Below, one piece after another: positions 8,087-16,464 of a stretch of DNA of 60,562 nt. The position numbers and the translations under genes were made by a program. The stretch is taken from the IMG/VR virus record IMGVR_UViG_3300042938_001279, positions 1 to 60,562 of that record; one strand, given 5' to 3'. Within the stretch, counting starts at the first letter, position 1. Each line of letters begins with the position of its first letter. Below the pieces are notes generated by a model. That model did no database searches. It had not been told where the DNA came from and saw nothing but the letters and a program-made list of their open reading frames with translations. The DNA comes from a virus. Lineage: Duplodnaviria; Caudoviricetes.

Positions 8087-8427
8087 TGGCCCATACACCG
8101 GGACCGTGGGTTACAGCAGACACGAAGTTTGCTAACGGCATCAGGACTGAGGTTGAGTCCGAAGGCGGCCTCGTCTGTTCCTGCATACGGACAGTGAATG
8201 CCCGCAAGGTTCGATCATGGGATGAGGTAGACGCCAATGCCAAGCTCATCGCAGCAGCACCGGACCTGCTGGCTGCACTGAAGCAGTGCCGTGAGGTGTT
8301 GTTGTACCTCTGCCACAACTGCCCGGCCTTTGAGGATGACGCCCCGGAGTTCAACAAGGGGGGCATCGGTTACGAGGCCTGCGGAAAAGCGATCGAGATC
8401 ATCAACAAAGCAGAAGGGGTGTCTTAA
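8083..8427 (+). CDS. phage hypothetical protein of the 'HTPGPW...NAxLIAAAPDLL' family
   Basis: Characteristic motifs are present. Confidence 0.8.
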   Translation: MMAHTPGPWVTADTKFANGIRTEVESEGGLVCSCIRTVNARKVRSWDEVDANAKLIAAAPDLLAALKQCREVLLYLCHNCPAFEDDAPEFNKGGIGYEACGKAIEIINKAEGVS

Positions 8428-8669
8428 TGATCGATCCATTCGAGGGCTACCAGGAAAAGATCAAGGAGCTTGAGCATGAGAACCGCACACTCCTGCTTGG
8501 CTGTCAGCTCATGTCCAAGATGGTTGGCGTCAGGGATGACGACGAGAGCGACGAGGAGTTCGAGTTGCAGAAGCTGGAGACTGCTGGCGAACTGATCAAC
8601 CATGTCTTGGACATCATCATCTGGCGGAAGATCGAGAGGCACCGAGAGAGCCATGAAGGAGACTGTTGA
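8427..8669 (+). CDS. hypothetical protein
   Basis: TAATG coupling. Confidence 0.7.
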   Translation: MIDPFEGYQEKIKELEHENRTLLLGCQLMSKMVGVRDDDESDEEFELQKLETAGELINHVLDIIIWRKIERHRESHEGDC

Positions 8670-8893
8670 TGCCAGCTACTCCGACTGAGCGACAGCGTGA
8701 CATGCTGGAGTTCATTGCTCGCCACGTCTACGAGCATGGCTACCAGCCTTCCTACCGGGAGATATGCGATCACTTCGGATGGGCTCACCCCAGTGCGGTG
8801 TCCTGCCACATGATGGCATTGGCCCGAAAGGGCTTGGTCAAGATGAACAAAGACGTTCGGGCTGTGGAGTTCCGCTGGAAAGATTACCTATAG
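8666..8893 (+). CDS. LexA-type N-terminal winged-HTH regulator (no protease domain)
   Basis: TERQRDMLEFI...GYQPSYREICDHFG...SAVSCHMMALARKG matches the LexA DNA-binding domain pattern. Confidence 0.85.
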   Translation: MMPATPTERQRDMLEFIARHVYEHGYQPSYREICDHFGWAHPSAVSCHMMALARKGLVKMNKDVRAVEFRWKDYL

Positions 8894-8906
8894 AACGGGG
8901 GATGGC

Positions 8907-10238
8907 ATGACGACGGCAGACGCTGCGGTTAAGTCACCTGCGAGGACGGTGCTGACCTACAGCTTGTTGATGAAGCTGTCGCTGGACCTCAGGGAAAGAG
9001 ATGCGACAGCATTCCTGAACCTGACGGCTGGCACTGGAACGGGGGCACTCGTTCGCGGACTGGTGGTCATGTGGAGTCTCAGGAGCAACATGTCCTACTT
9101 CAGGGTCTTCTACGAAAGGAAGAGCGGGCATAGCAAGGGAGCCAAGATCGAGATGGCATACATCTATGGCAACCCACGCCACGGCAAGATGTTCAGCTTC
9201 TACCAACTGAAGCTGATGCCCACTACTCCCATCGGCCTGATAGAGAAGCATCTTCCAGTCCACTTCCCGGCGGGGAAGATTCAGGCCCACACTCGCCGCC
9301 GGTTCACGCCTCTGTCAGTCACCAATGCAGATGGAGTTCTCTCTGGAATCACTGGCGACTGGTTCACAAAGAATGGAAGGTCAGCAAACCCGGGATTCCC
9401 CAGCGTCCCCGTCGCTATCAATGACACCACTGGACTGGCTATCACCAAAGACGAGTTCGATTCCAAGAACATAGGAAGCAGGAAGACGAATGGCTACTGC
9501 GATACGGGAGTGGTCCCCCACTCCAGCATCACCAAGTCCGAGTGGCTCCGGTCGGTGTCGTCCATACCGGGCATCGACCAACGGCTGGTGGTTGAGTGTG
9601 CGTTGCGATGCGTCAAGGCTGCCATGGAACTGACGGCAGAGTTCCCTGCCCTCCGTGCTGTCTACCTACCAGCATCGGCAACCTCTGAGGAGTGGACTGG
9701 CCACACGAATCAGCGGGAGTTCTTGATCAACGGAAAGCTCAGGAGTGCCGTTGCGATGAGGGTCGATGGCACTTCCCCAACGTGCCACTGGTTCATGCCC
9801 GAGATCATCCTGTACTGGGCCGAGCATTTCGACTCCAAGACCTTCGACACCGAATGGGCATTCCTCTCCATGGTCGTGCCACCTCACGGGAATCCCGAGC
9901 TTGATTCCTCTGGGCACGACAAGCCGTCGGTGCTGTCGCAACCCAGCAACGTAGGACTGCGGGCACACCAAACGCTCCGTGCCTTCAAGCCGGGGTGCGG
10001 GATGCACCAATCGGATTCCCTGCCTGCCTCGTTCGTCAGGCCCGACAGCAGGACGGCGAGGTCCGAGAGGGAGTTCGTGGCCAAGTGGGAGGAACACAGA
10101 GACCGGGCACTGGTCCACCTCTGGTCCGACGAGACGAGCCCGCTGATGCCCACTGGCTACTCGCTTGCGATGAAGCCCGGCGACCTGAAGGACCTGGTTT
10201 ACGGAAAGTTTGTGATCGATTCCCTTCCCATGCTGTGA
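8907..10238 (+). CDS. large hypothetical protein (443 aa)
   Basis: Long ORF with GGGGGA RBS. No motif recognised. Confidence 0.75.
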   Translation: MTTADAAVKSPARTVLTYSLLMKLSLDLRERDATAFLNLTAGTGTGALVRGLVVMWSLRSNMSYFRVFYERKSGHSKGAKIEMAYIYGNPRHGKMFSFYQLKLMPTTPIGLIEKHLPVHFPAGKIQAHTRRRFTPLSVTNADGVLSGITGDWFTKNGRSANPGFPSVPVAINDTTGLAITKDEFDSKNIGSRKTNGYCDTGVVPHSSITKSEWLRSVSSIPGIDQRLVVECALRCVKAAMELTAEFPALRAVYLPASATSEEWTGHTNQREFLINGKLRSAVAMRVDGTSPTCHWFMPEIILYWAEHFDSKTFDTEWAFLSMVVPPHGNPELDSSGHDKPSVLSQPSNVGLRAHQTLRAFKPGCGMHQSDSLPASFVRPDSRTARSEREFVAKWEEHRDRALVHLWSDETSPLMPTGYSLAMKPGDLKDLVYGKFVIDSLPML

Positions 10239-10248
10239 GGAACAAGCC

Positions 10249-10476
10249 ATGATTCAAGCACTGGTGTTTTTGTATGCACTCACCTGGCTTTTCACCTATG
10301 AAAGCAGGTGGTCTTCGAGGACAATGTTCTGGTCCTTGTGGTGCAGTGACTTGGCTGTCCTGTTCCTGGGGGCAGGCACCCCGGTGCCACTCGGGATTCA
10401 TTTCCTGATGGCGATCGTCGGCCTGCTCTCCCCTGTGTTCCTACTCCAATGCACCATTTCACCATTCAAGGACTGA
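10249..10476 (+). CDS. small membrane protein
   Basis: GAGGA RBS, 2-3 hydrophobic segments. Confidence 0.65.
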   Translation: MIQALVFLYALTWLFTYESRWSSRTMFWSLWCSDLAVLFLGAGTPVPLGIHFLMAIVGLLSPVFLLQCTISPFKD

Positions 10477-10477
10477 C

Positions 10478-10759
10478 ATGCCAATACCTGATAGACAGCT
10501 CGGAGTCTATGGCTACATCGTTATCTACAAGCCAAAGCCTGATGCTGAGAGTTGGATAGCAGAGCAGGATGACGAGTACAGGCATCTGCCTGCCCACTAC
10601 GCACTGATGGACGAGGCACTGGATCGAGTCGAGTTCCTACGCAAGAAGGGTGTCATGGCTCGGGTTGCCGCACTCGTGGCAGAGACCACTGACACCGCAG
10701 AAGAGTTCGAGGCAAACCGAAATGGCGAAGAAGACGACGGAGAAGAAGACGGTGGCTAA
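10478..10759 (+). CDS. hypothetical protein
   Basis: AAGGA RBS. Confidence 0.7.
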   Translation: MPIPDRQLGVYGYIVIYKPKPDAESWIAEQDDEYRHLPAHYALMDEALDRVEFLRKKGVMARVAALVAETTDTAEEFEANRNGEEDDGEEDGG

Positions 10760-11201
10760 GACTGCGGCGACCAAGAAGCGAGTGCCGACGGCAGTCTTTG
10801 TCCCCGCCTACCTGAAGGCAGTGGCGTCGGGCATGACTCGGGAAGACCTGGCTGCTCAGTTGGGCATCGAACCCAGCTCGATCTACCAGCGTGTCTATGA
10901 CATGTACCAGAAGGGTGCATGCCAGAAGACCTTCCCGCATCTCCCCACCACCGGGAAGCAGTCGTACCTCGACCGCATTCAAGCGGCAGTGGACGACTAC
11001 AGGAAGGGGAGCGGGAAGCCTGACTCCCTGACGACGGCGGCTCATCCCGCGATCGTTGCCGCTGTCACGAAGCAAGTCGGCAAGAAGGGGAAGCCCCCTG
11101 CCGAGAAGCCTGTTGACCCCCCCGTGACCGTCGATCCCCCTGTTGGGGACGACGGAGACCTTGACCCTTCAGCGGCGCTCGATCGCCTGCTGAACGGCTG
11201 A
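10722..11201 (+). CDS. HTH DNA-binding protein
   Basis: MTREDLAAQLGIEPSSIYQR HTH, GAGG RBS. Confidence 0.7.
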   Translation: MAKKTTEKKTVAKTAATKKRVPTAVFVPAYLKAVASGMTREDLAAQLGIEPSSIYQRVYDMYQKGACQKTFPHLPTTGKQSYLDRIQAAVDDYRKGSGKPDSLTTAAHPAIVAAVTKQVGKKGKPPAEKPVDPPVTVDPPVGDDGDLDPSAALDRLLNG

Positions 11202-11259
11202 CCCGACACCGTGGGCTGGGCGTCACCTGTGGCGCCCGGCCCACCACCGGAGACCAATC

Positions 11260-11457
11260 ATGATCGTTCTTTTCAAAGTGACATGGCATGACTCAGACCA
11301 CGGCAACAGGCAGGAGTGGTTCACCACAATGAACAAGGCGTGCAAGCTGCGTGCAAAGCTGGAAGAGGCATCCGAGTTGACCGAGGTCCATATCCCGAAG
11401 ACGAAGCTCGGCTTGTGCGATTGGCTCAACCAGAACTTCAACACGGACAACGGGTGA
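11260..11457 (+). CDS. hypothetical protein
   Basis: GGAG RBS. Confidence 0.65.
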   Translation: MIVLFKVTWHDSDHGNRQEWFTTMNKACKLRAKLEEASELTEVHIPKTKLGLCDWLNQNFNTDNG

Positions 11458-11460
11458 CGC

Positions 11461-11799
11461 ATGCCAATCATCAAACTCCATGAGTTCACGGCACGCGAGG
11501 AGGTGGCACTCACCGATCGATACGATGCAGCATTCGCTGCGGCTGGATGGAAACTTCTTTCTAGCTGTAGGGTCAGCAGGTCCATTCCGTTCTGCTCAAG
11601 ACACTCAGTGCTGATGTTAAGGTACGAAGGACTTCTCAAGGGGGTGATCACTCTCTGTTTCATCGATATCCCTATGGCTCACTGTGCCTACGAAAAGAGA
11701 TTCACCAATGCCTTGGAGAAGGACAACCTGAAGAACTTGGCTGCCGTCGGACTTACCGATGACGCGAACGCAAACGTCGCACTAAGGATGTGTCTATGA
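11461..11799 (+). CDS. hypothetical protein
   Basis: Operon tiling. Confidence 0.6.
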   Translation: MPIIKLHEFTAREEVALTDRYDAAFAAAGWKLLSSCRVSRSIPFCSRHSVLMLRYEGLLKGVITLCFIDIPMAHCAYEKRFTNALEKDNLKNLAAVGLTDDANANVALRMCL

Positions 11800-12086
11800 A
11801 TGTTCTGGGCTGGTTTTTCACTACCATCGGTGCGGTGGTGACGACGCTGACGCTATTGGGATTGATGAGCATCTTGATTGGATGTGCGTGCGATGCCATC
11901 GCTATCAGGATTCGAGACAAGCGGCATCTCTTCCTCACCCAGTGGGAGAAGAATGCCATGGCCAGTGCTGTCGGAATCTGCCGTCAGGCAGCGGAGGACA
12001 CACGCTCCAACGGCCCGGACTTCGACGGGGTGGAGCACGATCAGGTGGCGACGACGCTTGAAGCTATCCTCGCAAGGAGCAAGTGA
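11790..12086 (+). CDS. membrane-anchored hypothetical protein
   Basis: N-terminal TM segment, AAGGA RBS. Confidence 0.65.
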   Translation: MSMNVLGWFFTTIGAVVTTLTLLGLMSILIGCACDAIAIRIRDKRHLFLTQWEKNAMASAVGICRQAAEDTRSNGPDFDGVEHDQVATTLEAILARSK

Positions 12087-13021
12087 TGCCCAAAGTCTAC
12101 GGATACACGAGAGCCAGCACGGGAAGCCAGTCGCTGACGTTTGACGTTCAGCAGGCTGCGATCAAGCGGTACTTCAAGGAGAAGCTGGAGCCGATTGGGT
12201 ACGAATGGGGTGCCATGTTCGAGGACAAGGCAGTCTCTGGCGGCAAGCCATTCACCGACCGGCCCGAGGGGCGGAAGCTGTGGGTGGTGTGCCAGCCCAA
12301 GGATGCCGTGCTGTGGATGAAGATCGACCGGGCTTTCCGGTCAGTGAAGGACGGCGCCAACGTGCTGTCCCTGTTCCGTGAGCGGGGCGTATCGATCCAC
12401 TCCATCGACATCGGGCTGGACACCAGCACTCCGATGGGTGAGTTCACCATGCACCTGCTCATCCTGCTGGCCCAACTGGAGCGGAGCTGGATCAGCAGCA
12501 GGACCAAGGAAGCGCTCGCTGCCCTGAAGGAAAGGGGGTACAAGAACCTGGGCAACAGCATCCCGGCTGGGTTCAAGCGGGTTGGCGGCACGAGGGACAG
12601 CGCCATCTACCCCGACATGAAGGAGAGAGAGATCATTGTCCTTGCCTATGAAGACTACATGGGAGGCGACAGTCTTGAGACCGTGTCCAACCGTCTCTTC
12701 TTCACTGGCAAGCGACGGCACAACGGCTCGGAGTTCAAGCCTGCGTGGCTGGCCTATGCCTTCCGCTGCTACCGGGCAGGGTGGCCGAAGGGACTGCGGT
12801 ACTTCCAGTTCAAGGCCGAGGTCAAAGAAAAGCTGAAGACCAAGCGACTCTCCAAGCTCAAGCTCCGCGACCTCGTGCAAGAAGAGTTCAGGTCAGGGTG
12901 CGTCGTTGACCGCACGCCTCAGTTTCTCAAGGATAGCGAACAGCCTCTTCTCGGTGTTCCTGAAGTCGAGACCAAACCTCCTGCCGAGGGATCGGATGCT
13001 GGCCCCCTCAAAGACGTATGA
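12083..13021 (+). CDS. serine recombinase (resolvase-type catalytic domain + DNA-binding region)
   Basis: YGYTRAS catalytic motif, EDKAVSG, RPEG, KIDRAFRS, AQLER..ISSRTKEAL. Confidence 0.92.
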   Translation: MMPKVYGYTRASTGSQSLTFDVQQAAIKRYFKEKLEPIGYEWGAMFEDKAVSGGKPFTDRPEGRKLWVVCQPKDAVLWMKIDRAFRSVKDGANVLSLFRERGVSIHSIDIGLDTSTPMGEFTMHLLILLAQLERSWISSRTKEALAALKERGYKNLGNSIPAGFKRVGGTRDSAIYPDMKEREIIVLAYEDYMGGDSLETVSNRLFFTGKRRHNGSEFKPAWLAYAFRCYRAGWPKGLRYFQFKAEVKEKLKTKRLSKLKLRDLVQEEFRSGCVVDRTPQFLKDSEQPLLGVPEVETKPPAEGSDAGPLKDV

Positions 13022-13408
13022 CTCGATCCACTCACGCTCTTCAGGGTCCATACTCTTCAGGCATGTCATCGCAACCTCACGCAGCTTGGTGTTGGGAGGG
13101 CACCGTCGCTGCGATTCTTCGACAGAGATTCGATAGACGCTTGTTGATCCCGTGCTAATTTCTTTTTGAATCTCACGCAGCATGGCGTTCTTGATGGCCA
13201 CCGAGAAGTAGGCAGACGGCCCGCCCTTGCCTGGCTTGTAAGTTCTGGCTGCATTGCAGCACGCCAGATACGCGGCTGACTCCAGGTCGCACATCGATGC
13301 AGCACTGCGAAGGCAAGGCATGCTGTCGATGAAGAGCTTGACGTACCGAGGCACCCACTTCGCGGCGTCCTTGGCTAGCTGCTGCTGCTCTGGAGTGAGG
13401 CCAGCCAT
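12893..13408 (-). CDS. phage-encoded sigma70-family factor (regions 2 + 4)
   Basis: DLESAAYLACCNAARTYKPGKG..SAYFSVAIKNAM (region 2) and MDPEEREWI...GASIRSLGRRFG (region 4). Confidence 0.8.
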   Translation of the reverse strand: MAGLTPEQQQLAKDAAKWVPRYVKLFIDSMPCLRSAASMCDLESAAYLACCNAARTYKPGKGGPSAYFSVAIKNAMLREIQKEISTGSTSVYRISVEESQRRCPPNTKLREVAMTCLKSMDPEEREWIESYVFEGASIRSLGRRFGLDFRNTEKRLFAILEKLRRAVNDAP

Positions 13409-13623
13409 CAGGTTGACCTCCATCCATATCGGATTTGGAAGTCATGCCTGACTGAACGAGTGCAGTGCTTCTGGTGGCACGACTCGCATCTCCAATTGCC
13501 ATCGATAATCCCGAAAGCGTTGGTGTAATACTCGCCAGGACAACCGCAGTCATAGCATGGCAGCGGCTGTCCAATTGGCTTGGCCACTCTCTTTGGCCTG
13601 CCCCGCTTTCTCTTCTCATTCAT
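13408..13623 (-). CDS. small Zn-finger protein with AT-hook-like KRGRPK
   Basis: CYDC, CESC and RKRGRPKR motifs. Confidence 0.65.
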   Translation of the reverse strand: MNEKRKRGRPKRVAKPIGQPLPCYDCGCPGEYYTNAFGIIDGNWRCESCHQKHCTRSVRHDFQIRYGWRST

Positions 13624-13916
13624 GGCATTACCCCACGAACGGACTGGCAGTAGGCCTGGATTTTTTCACGCGCGCGGGCGGGATCAACGTCGAGAGCTTC
13701 GCAGCAATCCTCGAACGTGACTAGCCCAACTCCACCCTCCAGCCATCTCCTAGCTGCTTCTCTCTGATAGATCATCTCCTTGTCTATCTTCCTTCCGTTC
13801 TTGCTTTCCCATCTACTGCATCTGTCGGCAGAACGTACCACCGCTTGGAGCATTACCCCAACACACAGGTAATGCCATGCCCCAAGAACGGTTGCGTCTT
13901 CTATGGTTCGCGTCAA
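13620..13916 (-). CDS. conserved phage hypothetical protein (putative regulator)
   Basis: LQAV...AARRWL...FEDCCEALDVDP pattern, common next to phage late regulators. Confidence 0.65.
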   Translation of the reverse strand: MTRTIEDATVLGAWHYLCVGVMLQAVVRSADRCSRWESKNGRKIDKEMIYQREAARRWLEGGVGLVTFEDCCEALDVDPARAREKIQAYCQSVRGVMP

Positions 13917-14368
13917 GCCTCAAGCTCCGCGATCATGAGTAGTCGGCAGATGGCGTTGGCAATGTGGTCTTCGCTGGTGTCGCCCCGCTGGTAGTCGAAG
14001 ACGTGCTTGATGGCGTGGTTGATGCACACCTCGATCGGGATTCCCTCTCTCCAGTTGTTCTCGCCATGAACCACGGCACCGCGGCCCATGGCGATAGCGG
14101 CACGGCGAAGGCCTTTGACGGGCAGGAGATCGTACCTCTCTGGGACTGCGGTGGCTGTGGCACCAGACGGAAACTGCTGGAGGACGCTGACCGCGGAGAT
14201 GGCGCTCTCGCTGAAGGCCTTCCTCAGGCTGTCCTTGAGCTGGTCGCATCTGAACTGGCCGATGAGGACGGCGGCTCGATCGTCGGATCGGACGGCTCTG
14301 GGGGCATCGGCTGGGAAAGGACGGCGAGGAACCTCGGCATATCCGCTAGCCGGAAAGTCACCAGCCAT
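13913..14368 (-). CDS. dATP/dGTP diphosphohydrolase-like (DUF5664) protein
   Basis: RYDLLP...GAVVHGENNWREG...HAIKH...EDHIANAIC. AGGAG RBS before ATG at 14368. Confidence 0.8.
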   Translation of the reverse strand: MAGDFPASGYAEVPRRPFPADAPRAVRSDDRAAVLIGQFRCDQLKDSLRKAFSESAISAVSVLQQFPSGATATAVPERYDLLPVKGLRRAAIAMGRGAVVHGENNWREGIPIEVCINHAIKHVFDYQRGDTSEDHIANAICRLLMIAELEA

Positions 14369-14637
14369 TCCGTTCTGCTCCTGCGATGGAACACCACCGG
14401 CAACTTGCCCTTGCACTGAGAGACTGCCTTCTTCATGGCAGCCACCACGTTCAATGCCTCCACCCACTTGCATTCGGCAAACAGGTCCGGGAGATGAGCA
14501 ACCCGTACATCCTCGTCCCCCGCATTGCCGCACCTCTGCTGAGTTCTCTCGACTTCCTTCCATCCCATCACCTCTTTCATCTTGTCCCTAAGGTCTCGTT
14601 CACCCCTCGCGCCTTTTTCTCTTTCATACTTTCCCAT
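14224..14637 (-). CDS. PD-(D/E)XK Holliday-junction resolvase-like nuclease
   Basis: REKGARGER, D...ECK and PVVFHRR..EWLV motifs. Confidence 0.85.
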   Translation of the reverse strand: MGKYEREKGARGERDLRDKMKEVMGWKEVERTQQRCGNAGDEDVRVAHLPDLFAECKWVEALNVVAAMKKAVSQCKGKLPVVFHRRSRTEWLVTFRLADMPRFLAVLSQPMPPEPSDPTIEPPSSSASSDATSSRTA

Positions 14638-14661
14638 GATCAACCCTTCTGCGTTGTGCAA

Positions 14662-14928
14662 TTAGCCAGCCACCACTGACCGGAGGTACCCTTCGCTGCC
14701 ATGCCTATCAGTTCTCTCGTTGAAGATAGCGTTTTGGTATTCCAGTGAAGGGACATGAGCCAGCCGCTCAATGATGCAGAGCAAGTCTCTCATGAGAAGA
14801 GCTTCGGTGCTGTGAGGGTGGCTGGTCATCACGAATTGCTTGGCCTGGAGAACAGCACGCTTCTCGTCAATGGTCCTGTTCGTCGCCGCTCTTTTGCTAT
14901 CTGCTGGCATTTGCCACCCTTTCGTCAC
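14662..14928 (-). CDS. hypothetical protein
   Basis: Operon tiling. Confidence 0.6.
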   Translation of the reverse strand: MTKGWQMPADSKRAATNRTIDEKRAVLQAKQFVMTSHPHSTEALLMRDLLCIIERLAHVPSLEYQNAIFNERTDRHGSEGYLRSVVAG

Positions 14929-15277
14929 GGGCCCACTGCGGCAGAGGCTTCGGGTCTTCCTTCAGCCCCACCCTGTGCAAGAGCTTGGCAAGAAACTCAA
15001 GGTCAAGCTCTCCGTCTTCTTCCAGCTTTGCCTGAAGGACATGGCCAAGGCTCAGGTTTCGTTGGCCCCCGATGTGGTACCCGTCATGGCACTCGTTGCA
15101 GACGCAGATTAAGTTGCGATGGTCGTGGTAGTCCAGACCACGGCGCCCGACGATGTGATGCAGGTGGAGCGCTCGACCGAACCGCCCTTTGCGCCACCAG
15201 CACACTGCACACCGGCAGCAAAGGTCTGCGTAGACCGCGAGCTGCCGGTTTGTCCTGTCTCGCTTCTTGCTCACCAT
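14897..15277 (-). CDS. HNH endonuclease
   Basis: CAVC...LHLHHI...NLICVCNECHDGYH. Confidence 0.85.
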   Translation of the reverse strand: MVSKKRDRTNRQLAVYADLCCRCAVCWWRKGRFGRALHLHHIVGRRGLDYHDHRNLICVCNECHDGYHIGGQRNLSLGHVLQAKLEEDGELDLEFLAKLLHRVGLKEDPKPLPQWARDERVANASR

Positions 15278-15615
15278 CAAAAGATTTCTCCGCCCGAACT
15301 GTCGGGCTTCCACTGAAGCCATCCGCCGTTGTCGAGCCGGTTGCCTTCCTTGTCTCGACGCCTCGGGTAAAGAACCCCAGTGTCTGTTTGCTTGCTGATC
15401 GTCAGCGTAGCATTGCACTCCCGGCACTTGATCTCGTGGAAGGTGTACTTGCCGTTCTTGCGGGTGATGAAGGCTGTGTCGTCCAGCCCGCAAGCTCCGC
15501 ACGTCGTGCTTCCGAAAGCCTCGCCAGCATGCGAGAGTTCCTCGAAGGCTTCCTCGATGGTCTTACCTTCGACCGTGACTTCGATCTTTCCGATCTTGTG
15601 CGTGACTCGTATCAT
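15277..15615 (-). CDS. Zn-ribbon hypothetical protein (112 aa)
   Basis: CGAC and CREC motifs, GGAG RBS. Directly follows the structured RNA candidate. Confidence 0.75.
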   Translation of the reverse strand: MIRVTHKIGKIEVTVEGKTIEEAFEELSHAGEAFGSTTCGACGLDDTAFITRKNGKYTFHEIKCRECNATLTISKQTDTGVLYPRRRDKEGNRLDNGGWLQWKPDSSGGEIF

Positions 15616-15634
15616 GTTCCATTGTCTCCGTTGT

Positions 15635-15936
15635 GTGTCATAGCTTCACTCTTAGAAACTACCCTAGACCCCATCCCTGCTGAAGGAGGAGGCGGCTCCT
15701 ACTTCAGGGTACCATTACCAGGACCGACCCCCTGCCTTATTGAGGGGTTCCTTCAGCGTGTGACCGGGGCGTTGGGGTTTGAATCTCAGCCACATCTACC
15801 AGTGGCCCGTTGCCCGGATTTCGTGCTGGGGTCGGGAGACTTGCGAGGACTAGCCTCTCCTGCATGGGCAGGCGTTGTTTAGGCTCGGGAGGTTTTGATT
15901 TCTAAAGCGGTGGTCCGTCCGAGGAATCCATGACAC
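15635..15936 (-). ncRNA. candidate large structured non-coding RNA (~300 nt)
   Basis: Gene-free gap with four nested long-range helices pairing the 5' and 3' ends, plus local hairpins. See findings. Confidence 0.6.
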
Positions 15937-15960
15937 CGCGTCTCCAGCATAAGGGGCCTG

Positions 15961-16464
15961 TCAATATGGTGGCAGTAGATTCTCCATCTTACGCAGATTA
16001 ACCTGGGGAACGAACCAGGAAGGTCGCCTGCTGCCCGGGTCCCACTTCCACCTCTCCTGCTTCGCCTCAAGCCCGGAGAGCCATCCACGCAGGATGACCC
16101 TCCCGTCCAGCCCAACGCACGCCAGAACGAAACGTCGCTCGTCTGCGTCGTTGTTTCGGACGATGAGACTCCCGTCCTTCAGGGCTGTGGCCCGGACCTC
16201 GAACTCCCCGCAGTCCGGGATCGAGTGGAAGGTGTTGACCGAGTCCCCGCCGTAGACCCCGATCCACTTGGCGAAAGCCCGCTCACCGATGGCGCCAACC
16301 AGCTCCTCGTCTATGCGAGTTCGGATGGGCCGATCGTAGGTGGTGCGGTGGTTGAGCCCCTGCGCCTCTGATGCGGTGATCCGCTGGATGGCAGTGAAGA
16401 GGCAGGCCATGACCTCTTGGGTAGAGATGGACACGACAGTCGCCTGGCTTTCGGCAGAGATCAA
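15961..16464 (-). CDS. hypothetical protein, possibly a PD-(D/E)XK-like nuclease
   Basis: GAIGERAFA...PDCGEFEVRAT...RGW. TTG start overlaps the upstream stop. Confidence 0.6.
   Translation of the reverse strand: MISAESQATVVSISTQEVMACLFTAIQRITASEAQGLNHRTTYDRPIRTRIDEELVGAIGERAFAKWIGVYGGDSVNTFHSIPDCGEFEVRATALKDGSLIVRNNDADERRFVLACVGLDGRVILRGWLSGLEAKQERWKWDPGSRRPSWFVPQVNLRKMENLLPPY

Noticed and set aside
12083-13021. IS607-type transposon
   Set aside because: No N-terminal MerR-like HTH and no adjacent tnpB. The gene is translationally coupled within the operon.
13913-14368. Z-genome (2-aminoadenine) or deazaguanine modification system
   Set aside because: No purZ, queC/D/E, dpdA or phage polymerase recognised.
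14755-15882. 375-aa + strand ORF covering the structured-RNA gap
   Set aside because: It is antisense to three coherent minus-strand genes, with no motif and an atypical composition.
15946-15964. TTGACA...TATGCT as a canonical sigma70 promoter
   Set aside because: The spacer is only 7 nt. Only the -10-like element is kept, as weak support for the RNA start.
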